NCBI GenBank assembly: GCA_963692865.2
Contig: OY843592.1
Location: 3,877,599 to 3,941,598, forward strand
DNA: 64,000 nucleotides
Direction of reading: 5' to 3'
Origin: a bacterium
GTDB taxonomy: Bacteria; UBA8248
In this document: positions 38,241 through 46,997 of the stretch, in pieces
How positions within the stretch are numbered: position 1 is the stretch's first letter
How the letters are laid out: every line of letters starts with the position of its first letter
The notes under the pieces: generated by a model
What the model was told of the DNA's origin: nothing
Databases searched by the model: none
What the model saw: the letters and a program-made list of their open reading frames with translations, nothing else
Translations under genes and position numbers: made by a program

Positions 38241-38515
38241 CCCTCCGAGAACTTAAATCCAAACTGACCGAATCGCATGGATACAGGATCTGCGCAGAGC
38301 GCAAGATCGGCGCGAGCAAACGCTCGGCCTGTTCAAAGAGTACACGGGCGCCGTAGACGCAATCGAAATTAAACGGTGATGTATCGTGTTTGGCCGCTAG
38401 TCGGAGTGACGCCCCTTTCCGTTACGTTTACACATCAGTGAAGATCGCCCCTGCTGAGGTGGTCACCGCAACTGGTTAGCAGCGGCTTTTTTAGCACAGG
38501 CGGCAGTATTTTCGG

Positions 38516-38543
38516 TTGACCGAGAAGTTCGTTTTCATATATT
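38516..38543 (+). promoter_or_regulatory. putative sigma70 promoter of the HTH/ATPase operon
   Basis: TTGACC-N16-TATATT. Confidence 0.45.
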
Positions 38544-38587
38544 TTCATTGACTATATTCATCTTTACTCAACTGGAGTGAGTCGAGG

Positions 38588-38830
38588 ATGGCCACTGAAG
38601 AAGGCTGGGTCGGAATTGCAGAGGTCGCCGCCCATCTGCAGGTGACTAAGGAGTCTATCTATCGTTGGGTGGACACGAAGGGCTTACCAGCGCATCGGGT
38701 GGGACGACTCCTACGTTTCAGGCTTTCTCAGGTAGATGAATGGGTTCAGAGCAACACTAGCACTGAACCGGAAGGTCGTTCGCTCGGTGTATCTGGCCGT
38801 CCCAACAAGAGCGATCAAACCGATGGCTGA
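38588..38830 (+). CDS. HTH_17 excisionase-family DNA-binding protein
   Basis: EVAAHLQVTKESIYRWV...LPAHRVGRLLRFRLSQVDEW. Confidence 0.85.
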   Translation: MATEEGWVGIAEVAAHLQVTKESIYRWVDTKGLPAHRVGRLLRFRLSQVDEWVQSNTSTEPEGRSLGVSGRPNKSDQTDG

Positions 38831-39347
38831 CAATTCCTTTATTGCCCAGATTGACAACCGAGTGTCCCCAATCGGGCAATTCGACGTGCTTGTTGTCCAA
38901 GAGGAAGCATGGTCCTTGGACGCGAACGAGTCGGCCGGATGTGAGTACCGCGTTCGCGTGCAGGAGAAGTGGCACAAGCACAATCTCACGAACACGCCGA
39001 AGAGCCAACTAAAGGAGCGAGAGGTACTAGAAACGGCGGTGGATGATGCCGGGCCGTCAGGTGATACCAGAGACGAAGCTGGCGGTGGAAATCGAGCCGG
39101 CGGTGCTCTGGACACACCTATCACACCGGACGCCTTAGGTGCCCGCGAGATCCTGGTTTTCTTCACTGAGGATCAAACCAGCTTGTACGCGGCCTGGAAC
39201 ACTCTGGCGAACCTCACGGACGTTACGGGCGAAGTCTCGGCCAACGCCAGAGCGAAACCCCCGAAGTACACCAACAAAGTCAATTTGGAGAGCAGCGTGC
39301 TTGGGACGTTGCAGGAACTCGGGCTACTTGAGGACGATGAGGCATGA
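38823..39347 (+). pseudogene. probable internally deleted DUF499-type ATPase remnant
   Basis: C-terminus LYAAWNTLANL...VLGTLQELGLLE resembles the tail of DUF499 ATPases (from memory); no P-loop. Confidence 0.4.
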
Positions 39348-41452
39348 AGATCAAAAGCCTAAATGTTCAGAATTTTCGTGCGATCAATCGGGTCGAACTG
39401 TCCGACCTCCCGGATATGATCGTCATCGCCGGACCGAACGGCTGCGGAAAATCTTGCATTCTGGATGCCATTCGCCTTTTCAAGTCAGTCTATGGTGGAT
39501 ATCAGCCAAACGAGTGGCAGCAGTGGTTCGGCGAGTTTCAGATCGATTTCCAAAGAAACCCTCATCAGATGGCGTCTCTTTTGAGAGATAAATCTCGCCC
39601 CTCGGAGATCGACGCAACGATTAGGTTAGCTGACGCCGAGGCTCGTTTTGTTGAAACTGAGTTGCAACAAATGCTGGAGGATCACGTTTGGAAGACGCTC
39701 TTCCCGGGTCTCCAACAAGGCAATATTCGTGTCCGACCTGGATTGGCAGCAGAGTTGCGAGCACATAAGCCAACGGTCGACGAGAGAGTTGGACAACTGC
39801 TACCACAGGTGCGCCATCAACTAGCGAATCGAGAGTTGCGAGGAAGACTTGTAATTCAGCCTAACGGAACGGCGGAGACCACTGCAAATGTCCTCCTGGA
39901 GCTCGTCTTTTCTTCTTTTCGACCGAAACATATAGGTTTGATCGACTATCACGGTTCGCATAGGAACTACGGCAGAGAACAACTCGGAGGCATTAACCTG
40001 AATCTCGATCAGGAAGAGGAGCGGTTTAGAACAGCAACTCTGTACAACTACGCGAACAAGTACGCAAACATCAAGAGCGAGATGGCGGCTGAATTCGTTA
40101 GACAAGCGCTCATGGAAAAGGCGTTTGGAGGGGCGGCCACCAAGGGAAGGGAGACACCCCTTGCCGATACGCTCCAAGAACTATTCAACATTTTCTTCCC
40201 AGACAAGAAGTTTCTTGGTCCCCAACCAACGGAAGACGGGAGTCTCAGTTTTCCAGTTGAGGTTGAGGGCGGCGTGACCCATGACATTAATGACCTATCG
40301 TCCGGTGAGAAAGAGGTACTATTCGGTTATCTGAGGTTGAGAAACTCGGCGCCAAAGTATTCCGTCATTCTTTTGGATGAGCCAGAGTTGCATCTCAATC
40401 CCGCGTTGGTGCGTGGCCTCCCTCAGTTCTATTTGAAGCGACTTGGCTTCGACTTAGAAAACCAAATTTGGCTGGTAACTCACTCGGATGCTTTTCTCAG
40501 AGAGGCGATGGGGCACAACGGTTTGCGGGTCTTTCACATGCAATACGCCGCCACGTCCAGCGTTACCGAGAATCAGGTTCACGAAATCCAAACCGGAGAA
40601 GAGACCGAAGCGCTCATACTGGAAATGGTTGGAGATCTAGCGGCGTATCGGCCGGGCGCTAAAGTTGTCTTTTTCGAAGGAGAGAACTCGGAATTTGATC
40701 TGAATATGGTGTCGCGTCTATTTCCATCCTTCGAAAAAGAGGTCAACCTAGTTTCCGGTGGCAATCGGACAAAAGTTGAAGCACTGCATAAAACGCTGGA
40801 GCTTAGCGTCCAAGCCGGCGAAATCCCCGTCAAGATATATTCTGTGGTCGACAAGGACTCCACTTCAGGGGTCGAAGCCACTGAGGAGTTTCATCGCCAC
40901 TTCTCGTGGGATGTCTATCATATCGAGAATTACCTCCTAAACGCTCCATTTATCAAATCGGCTTTGGACAGCCTAAACGTCCACCAAGATGGAGTTGCTA
41001 CCGACACTGCGATTGAGAATCATCTTGCGAGGATTGCGGATCAACAAGTTGACCAGCTTGTGGGCCACAAAATCAGGGCGGACGTTGGCGCGGCTCTAAT
41101 TCATGAACTTGATCTGGGATTCAACCCAATATCCAGTGAAATTGGCAAGGACCTTCATGATGCCGTGGACAGGTCGCTCACGCGAGTGAGACAACGAGCG
41201 GCTAATGAGTTCCGTCTTGAAGACATACAGGCTTGCGTAAACGAGGAACGACAGGTACTTCAAGCGTCTTTGGAGAATGGCGACTGGAAGAAACATTTTA
41301 AGGGTCGAGAAATATTGCGAGCGTTTGCCGGAGAATTCCTGCCGGGAATGAGGTACGAATACTTTCGAGACTTGCTCATCAGCCAAATGGTCAATGACGG
41401 ATATCAGCCTGAGGGAATGAAGGCCGTACTCGACCAAATCTTGAGCGATTAA
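39344..41452 (+). CDS. ABC/AAA ATPase with C-terminal TOPRIM-like domain (OLD/DUF4435-like putative defence nuclease)
   Basis: GPNGCGKS, LSSGE, LLDEPELHL, VTHS; FFEG..D, VDKD, IENYL. Confidence 0.8.
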   Translation: MKIKSLNVQNFRAINRVELSDLPDMIVIAGPNGCGKSCILDAIRLFKSVYGGYQPNEWQQWFGEFQIDFQRNPHQMASLLRDKSRPSEIDATIRLADAEARFVETELQQMLEDHVWKTLFPGLQQGNIRVRPGLAAELRAHKPTVDERVGQLLPQVRHQLANRELRGRLVIQPNGTAETTANVLLELVFSSFRPKHIGLIDYHGSHRNYGREQLGGINLNLDQEEERFRTATLYNYANKYANIKSEMAAEFVRQALMEKAFGGAATKGRETPLADTLQELFNIFFPDKKFLGPQPTEDGSLSFPVEVEGGVTHDINDLSSGEKEVLFGYLRLRNSAPKYSVILLDEPELHLNPALVRGLPQFYLKRLGFDLENQIWLVTHSDAFLREAMGHNGLRVFHMQYAATSSVTENQVHEIQTGEETEALILEMVGDLAAYRPGAKVVFFEGENSEFDLNMVSRLFPSFEKEVNLVSGGNRTKVEALHKTLELSVQAGEIPVKIYSVVDKDSTSGVEATEEFHRHFSWDVYHIENYLLNAPFIKSALDSLNVHQDGVATDTAIENHLARIADQQVDQLVGHKIRADVGAALIHELDLGFNPISSEIGKDLHDAVDRSLTRVRQRAANEFRLEDIQACVNEERQVLQASLENGDWKKHFKGREILRAFAGEFLPGMRYEYFRDLLISQMVNDGYQPEGMKAVLDQILSD

Positions 41453-41455
41453 CTC

Positions 41456-42862
41456 ATGTTCATGACCTCTGAAGAGATCGCGGCATTATCGACCGCTGGC
41501 GAATCAGAGACACTCGAATTCAAGGCCACAACGGGAACGCGCCGTGAGGCAGCAGCGACAGTATGCGCCATGCTTAACCAGCAGGGCGGACATGTACTGT
41601 TCGGCGTCACTCAGGAGGGCGTCATTGGTCAGCATGTGAGCGAGCGAACGATTGAGGAAGTGAGCGCTGAAATCCAGCGGATCGATCCACCTGCGTTTCC
41701 GGAAATCGAGAGGGTTCGGGTATCTGATGACCGTGAGGTGATCGCTGTGCATGTGAGCCGCGGTTCTTCACCTCCGTACCTATATCGAGGAATTTCCTAT
41801 CGACGTGTTGGCAATTCGACTCGGGCCATGTCGGCAGATGAGTACAATCGGATACTCTTCGAGCGCATGCACAGTGAGCGACGTTGGGAGAACCAACCTG
41901 CCGCTGGCTGGACCGTCAAAGATCTCGATGTGGCGGAAATACGCAACACGGTTGCAGAAGCAGTGCGGAGTGGCCGTCTGAACGAACCCGGAAGCCGGGA
42001 ACCGGAGGACTTGCTGCGCGGTCTGGGGCTGATCCGAGGCGACGTCTTGTTTCGAGCGGCGGCGGTGCTATTCGGGCACACAGAGCGTATCGAGTGTGAG
42101 ATGCCGCAGTGCCTGCTTCGTGTGGCCCGATTCCGGGGCCTCGACCGATCCGAATTCCTGGACAACCGGCAATTCAATGGCAACGCCTTCACGCTACTCG
42201 CGAGCGCTGAGCGCTTTCTGCGCGACACCTTGCCCATCGCCAGCCAGTTCGAATCAGGGCGTATGGCGCGCATCGACAAACCATTTTATCCGCCCCTAGC
42301 CACACGGGAGGCGCTGGCAAACGCCCTTTGCCATCGTGACTATGCGCTGGGCGGAGGCTCCATCGGGCTTGCGGTGTACGACGATCGCTTGGAAGTGACG
42401 TCGACCGGCTCGCTTCACTTCGGACTGACCCCGGACGATTTGTTCGGGCCACACGAGTCAAGGCCTTGGAACCCACTCATCGCTCGCACGTTCTACCGGC
42501 GGGGCATCATCGAGGAGTGGGGTCGCGGGACGCTCAAGATGGCGGACTTGGCGATCTCCGCCGGGTTGCCCAGGCCGGAGATTGAGGAATGCGGCGACTG
42601 CGTGACGGTGCGCTTCCGGCGCGCTGAGTTCGTGCCGTCCCGGCGCAGAGGGAACGACCTGTTCGAGCGGCAGGAGGCGATTCTGTCGCTGCTGGATCGT
42701 TCGGAAGAGGGCCTACCATTGCGCGACATTGTTTCCCGCATGGCGTCTGAAACCAGTGTACGACAGGTCAAACGGGCCTTATTGATGTTGCGTGACCGAA
42801 GGTTGGCGGAATCGGTGGGCCGTGGGCCTGCCGCCCGGTGGAGGCGAATTCGATCTGAATAA
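41456..42862 (+). CDS. Schlafen/AlbA_2 + HATPase_c_4 + HTH protein
   Basis: ESETLEFK, CAMLNQQGG, REALANALCHRDY, IEEWGRG. Confidence 0.85.
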   Translation: MFMTSEEIAALSTAGESETLEFKATTGTRREAAATVCAMLNQQGGHVLFGVTQEGVIGQHVSERTIEEVSAEIQRIDPPAFPEIERVRVSDDREVIAVHVSRGSSPPYLYRGISYRRVGNSTRAMSADEYNRILFERMHSERRWENQPAAGWTVKDLDVAEIRNTVAEAVRSGRLNEPGSREPEDLLRGLGLIRGDVLFRAAAVLFGHTERIECEMPQCLLRVARFRGLDRSEFLDNRQFNGNAFTLLASAERFLRDTLPIASQFESGRMARIDKPFYPPLATREALANALCHRDYALGGGSIGLAVYDDRLEVTSTGSLHFGLTPDDLFGPHESRPWNPLIARTFYRRGIIEEWGRGTLKMADLAISAGLPRPEIEECGDCVTVRFRRAEFVPSRRRGNDLFERQEAILSLLDRSEEGLPLRDIVSRMASETSVRQVKRALLMLRDRRLAESVGRGPAARWRRIRSE

Positions 42863-42886
42863 ACCCCCACGAGTCTCGGAGGTCTC

Positions 42887-42922
42887 ACTGGGGTCCCACT
42901 GGGGTCTTATTGGGGTCTTATT
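42887..42922. repeat. 11-bp tandem repeat AYTGGGGTCYY x3
   Basis: ACTGGGGTCCC ACTGGGGTCTT ATTGGGGTCTT. Confidence 0.7.
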
Positions 42923-43230
42923 CCTCTCGACACTATCATAGCGGTTCGCGAACGAGGCACGGAGCCCCGAGACGGACGACACAGATAACATCCAACAATG
43001 TGTGGATGTTTTACTAAAAGGCTGACTTGGCCCAGATCCACTAACTCTACACATGAAGGAGCCGGCTGAGCCGCTGAATCTGTCGGCTCGCTACAACGGT
43101 GAGTCGGGACACAACTTCGCGGCGCCGAGCAGGCTCTGCTGCAGCATAAGAGCGGTGGCGAAGCCTCCATTAAGCAGGAGTTTTCGCCCATGCAGCAGGT
43201 ACCCGACTTGCGCCTGACGACATCAAAACG

Positions 43231-43362
43231 GGATATGAGATCGGCTTCACCCGCTACTTCTACAAGCCGTAGCCGATGCGGACGCTGGAGGAGATTCGGG
43301 CGGACATACTGGCGCTGGAGGAGGAGACGGAGGGGCTGCCGGGGGAGATTGTCGGCGGGTAG
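43231..43362 (+). pseudogene. C-terminal remnant of type I R-M HsdM
   Basis: GYEIGFTRYFYKP*PMRTLEEIRADILALEEETEGL; internal TAG, no 5' part. Confidence 0.7.
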
Positions 43363-43556
43363 CGGTGGGAACCCCGTTATTCAAGGCAGCCTTCAACAAG
43401 AACGGGCTGCGCTCCCATATTAAACGCAGCTTATAACAAAACCCTCAAAAGCGGTTATATTATAGATAACCTTGCATAAGGTGGTTAAACATCTTTATAT
43501 TAAAGTTTGCGTACAATATGAGTTTGTTTTGCTTCTATATTTAACGAAAGAGTAAT

Positions 43557-44738
43557 ATGACCGAGCGCTTAAACGAACATACCGCCCGCGCAGGGACGTA
43601 CATTCGACAGTTGGGCGGGTACCGGGCCTTCATTCCAGCGCCCTTGCCGCCTGATCCGCCTGTCGAAATCACTGGAGAGTTGCAGGCGCTGCTCTCCCAG
43701 GCCGACCGCGCTCTGGGCCGCCTCGACGGGTCCATACAGACGCTGCCCCACCCGGACTTGTTCGTTCTCATGTACGTCCGCAAGGAGGCCGTGCTGTCGA
43801 GCCAGATTGAGGGAACGCAGAGTTCGCTGCAGGATCTGCTGGCGGCAGAAGCGAGGATATTCGCACCGAATCGAGCGAGCGACGTGGGCGAAGTGTTGAA
43901 CTATGTCGCGGCCATGAACCACGGCCTGAAAAGACTCCCTGAAATACCGGTTTCGATCCGCCTGATCCGCGAAATTCACGCCGAACTTCTCCAGGGCAGG
44001 CGGGGTTCTCATCTCATGCCCGGGGAGTTGCGGAGCAGCCAGAACTGGATCGGACCCGCAGGCTGCACGCTTCATGAGGCCCTCTTCGTTCCGCCTCCAC
44101 CCCAGCAGGTCGCGGAGGAGATGTCGCAACTGGAGCGATTCATCCACGCCGATACGGAGTTGCCTCTATTGGTGAAAATCGGACTCGCCCATGCCCAGTT
44201 CGAGACGATTCACCCTTTCCTGGACGGCAATGGCCGCGTGGGGCGGCTGCTCATCACCTTTTTGCTCTGCGAGCAGGGTGTGTTGCAGAAACCGGTTCTC
44301 TATTTGTCCTGGTTCTTCAAACAGCACCGGCAGCAGTATTACGATGAACTGCAATCGGTGCGCGACGCCGGGACGTGGGAGCGGTGGCTCGCTTTTTTCC
44401 TGCGCGGGGTCGTGGAGGTGAGCGGACAGGCGACCGACACGGCGAGGCGGATAATGTCCCTTCGCGAAGAACATCGCCGCATGATCACCGAGAGCTTCGG
44501 CCGCGCCGCCGCCAACGGCCACCGGGTGCTGGAGCATATCTATGAATACCCGATCGTATCGGTTAGCGACGTGCAGGAACTGATCGGGACGACCTACACG
44601 GCGGCGAACAATCTCGTTGCGCGGATGGCCGGTTGCGGCATCCTGCGCGAATTCACCGGTCGGATCCGCAACCGGAGGTTCAGGTATCAGAACTACATCG
44701 ACCTGTTCCACGATAACGAGTCGGAGACTGTCATTTGA
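43557..44738 (+). CDS. Fic family protein (Fic_N + Fic + HTH)
   Basis: SSQIEGT inhibitory motif, HPFLDGNGRVGR. Confidence 0.93.
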   Translation: MTERLNEHTARAGTYIRQLGGYRAFIPAPLPPDPPVEITGELQALLSQADRALGRLDGSIQTLPHPDLFVLMYVRKEAVLSSQIEGTQSSLQDLLAAEARIFAPNRASDVGEVLNYVAAMNHGLKRLPEIPVSIRLIREIHAELLQGRRGSHLMPGELRSSQNWIGPAGCTLHEALFVPPPPQQVAEEMSQLERFIHADTELPLLVKIGLAHAQFETIHPFLDGNGRVGRLLITFLLCEQGVLQKPVLYLSWFFKQHRQQYYDELQSVRDAGTWERWLAFFLRGVVEVSGQATDTARRIMSLREEHRRMITESFGRAAANGHRVLEHIYEYPIVSVSDVQELIGTTYTAANNLVARMAGCGILREFTGRIRNRRFRYQNYIDLFHDNESETVI

Positions 44739-44830
44739 TCGCGTGCTTCAAACCGTATACCAAGTACGCAACGAAGCCGATGCAGCGGGCAACTGCATAC
44801 TGATTGCGTACCTCTTTGATCGGAATCGAC

Positions 44831-45220
44831 CTACTCCCGCATGCCGCCGAATTTCCATTCGAGGTCGCGGGGGAAATCCTCCGTCATCTTCTCGACGTAG
44901 GCGAGCACGTCCTCGCGGCGGAAGCGCGCGCTCTTGAAGGAGGGGTGGTTCTCGGGGCGCCTCGCGCCCGCGCGCGGGGGCGGCCGGCGCAGGTAGACGG
45001 GCCGGAGGCAGGGCGCGTCGCTCGCGCAGTCCTCGGCGATGATGGCGTCGAGCGTGCGGTAGCTCCTGTAGCCGAGCACCCTGGCGAGCATGGGCTTGGT
45101 GAGAAACGCCTCCTCCTCGAGGATGCGGCGCGGGGTTCTCGGGTCGGGCGGGGCGTGTTTCGCGCTCCTCTTGCGCCGCTTGCGCGTGGCCGTCTTATCG
45201 CGGGGCTCTTCGGGCGGCAT
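44831..45220 (-). CDS. small basic Xis/BldC-like (HTH_17) DNA-binding protein
   Basis: FLTKPMLARVLGYRSYRTLDAII ... RFRREDVLAYVE pattern; TGATG coupling. Confidence 0.55.
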   Translation of the reverse strand: MPPEEPRDKTATRKRRKRSAKHAPPDPRTPRRILEEEAFLTKPMLARVLGYRSYRTLDAIIAEDCASDAPCLRPVYLRRPPPRAGARRPENHPSFKSARFRREDVLAYVEKMTEDFPRDLEWKFGGMRE

Positions 45221-45465
45221 CAGCCGAGCGCCTCGATGAGCGGGAGCAGGACCAGGTCGCTGCGACGGGCTTTCTTCATCCTGACGAGGGCGTCGGCGCG
45301 GGCGCGGGCGGACGCGGCGTCCGGGAAGATGAGGCGCACGCTCCTCTCGCGGGAGCGGTCGCGGTAGACGAGCAGCGCGGCCTCCCGGGGGACGCCCAGC
45401 CCCTCGTCCACAAGGTCGGAGAGCGTGCGCTCATGGGTTCCGATGAAGGAGACGGCCTCGTTCAT
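45220..45465 (-). CDS. hypothetical protein
   Basis: 81 aa; GGGGAGG SD; coupled to the downstream HTH gene. Confidence 0.55.
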   Translation of the reverse strand: MNEAVSFIGTHERTLSDLVDEGLGVPREAALLVYRDRSRERSVRLIFPDAASARARADALVRMKKARRSDLVLLPLIEALG

Positions 45466-45805
45466 GACGACGCCCCTCCCCCGCATTCGCATGCGGCCCC
45501 CTCCGCAAGAAGCGGTAAAGGCCCGGATGACCCGCGTGGTCTTGAACGTGCGATGGTCTCGGAAGGGGGCGTCCCGCGGGCGGTTCGAGACGCCGCGTTC
45601 GGTGGGGAAGATGGCGGGGTGTCGCGGGACGGGTCATCCGGGCGAGGCGAATTCCTGAAAATATGTATAAATTTGGATAAATTGACGGGGTTTTTCGGTA
45701 AATTCATGAAATTTCCCTTTTTTCTTCATAAAACCATTTATATCAACCAGATACGCCATGAATCCGCCTGTGCGCGATATTCCGATTCAGACATCAGGCA
45801 GGAAG

Positions 45806-45834
45806 AATATATCTATATATAACTATTATGTCAA
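45806..45834 (-). promoter_or_regulatory. near-consensus sigma70 promoter
   Basis: Minus strand TTGACA-N17-TATATT in an AT-rich island, pointing at 45465-44831. Confidence 0.7.
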
Positions 45835-45915
45835 GAAAAATATCTAAAAATAATTGTTCCATGAGATGCGCCTGGGTAAATCGTTGATAAGAGAGGAGAT
45901 GCGGGAGGGAGCGGG

Positions 45916-46800
45916 CTAGTCGAGATCCCTGCCCAGAAGCTCGATGAAGCGCCTCACGCCGCCGTGGAGGGGCTTGTCCCGCCCATGGACGAGGCCCAGC
46001 GGCCGGACGATGCGCTCCCCTTCGAAGGGCAGCACCGCCAGCGTGTTCATGGCCCGCTCGTTGTGGACGGCCGAGCCGGGCAGGATGCTCACCCAGGTGT
46101 CGATGAAGAGCGCTTCCTTGATGCTCTCCACGTTGTCGAACTCCATGACGACGTCCACGCTCACGCCCGCCTTGCGCAAGACCCTGTCTATCGCGCTGCG
46201 GATGGCGAGGTCGGCATCGAACGCAACGAAGGGCTCCCCCCCCAGGTCGGCGAGCCTCACCGCGTGGCGAAAGGCGAGTTGATGCCCCGGATGGCAGACG
46301 AAGAACATGGGCTCATCCCTGAAGGGCACGACGCGCAGGGCCTTGTTCCTCGGGGGATAGGAGAGAACCCCGACATCGGCCGTATCGTCCAGAACCGATT
46401 GCACCACCTTCTCGGGATGCAGGCATTCGAGCAGAACCCGCGCCTGGGGATACAGGGAGCGGAACCGCTGCATGTAGGCGCCCATCTGGTGAAGCCCCAC
46501 CGAGTAGATGGCGGCGACGCGAACCTGCCCGTGCACCTCGCCGATGCCGTGTGAAATTTCCGCGCAAACCTGGTCGAATTCCCCCAGCATCTTGCGGCAA
46601 GCCTCATAGAACCGGGCGCCTTCTTCGGTGACGCCGAAAGGCCGCTTGCTCCTGTCGAGCAACTCGACGCTCAAATCCCCCTCCAGTTGCCGAAGCGCCT
46701 GACTCGCAGCGGACTGGGTGACGCCGCTCAGGGCGGCTCCCTTGGAAAAACTTCTCTCCTGAATGACGCGGCAATACAGCCGCAAGGTCTCAATGTTCAT
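45916..46800 (-). CDS. LysR family transcriptional regulator, divergent from gltBD
   Basis: SFSKGAALSGVTQSAASQALRQLE HTH; substrate-binding domain. Confidence 0.92.
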   Translation of the reverse strand: MNIETLRLYCRVIQERSFSKGAALSGVTQSAASQALRQLEGDLSVELLDRSKRPFGVTEEGARFYEACRKMLGEFDQVCAEISHGIGEVHGQVRVAAIYSVGLHQMGAYMQRFRSLYPQARVLLECLHPEKVVQSVLDDTADVGVLSYPPRNKALRVVPFRDEPMFFVCHPGHQLAFRHAVRLADLGGEPFVAFDADLAIRSAIDRVLRKAGVSVDVVMEFDNVESIKEALFIDTWVSILPGSAVHNERAMNTLAVLPFEGERIVRPLGLVHGRDKPLHGGVRRFIELLGRDLD

Positions 46801-46997
46801 GACGAAACGTTACAGTATAAATAACCCTAATGCAATATATTAAAAATTTTAGTTTGTCTTATTTTCGGGGGCGTGTTATAGTCGAAGTCCGTTTCATGGA
46901 AATCACATGCGATATCCATAAGGCGCTTTCTGGAGTCCCCCATCGAATGGGCGCGGGGGATTACCCGAGAAACTCTCTGAACAAGAAAGTTGGTGCA

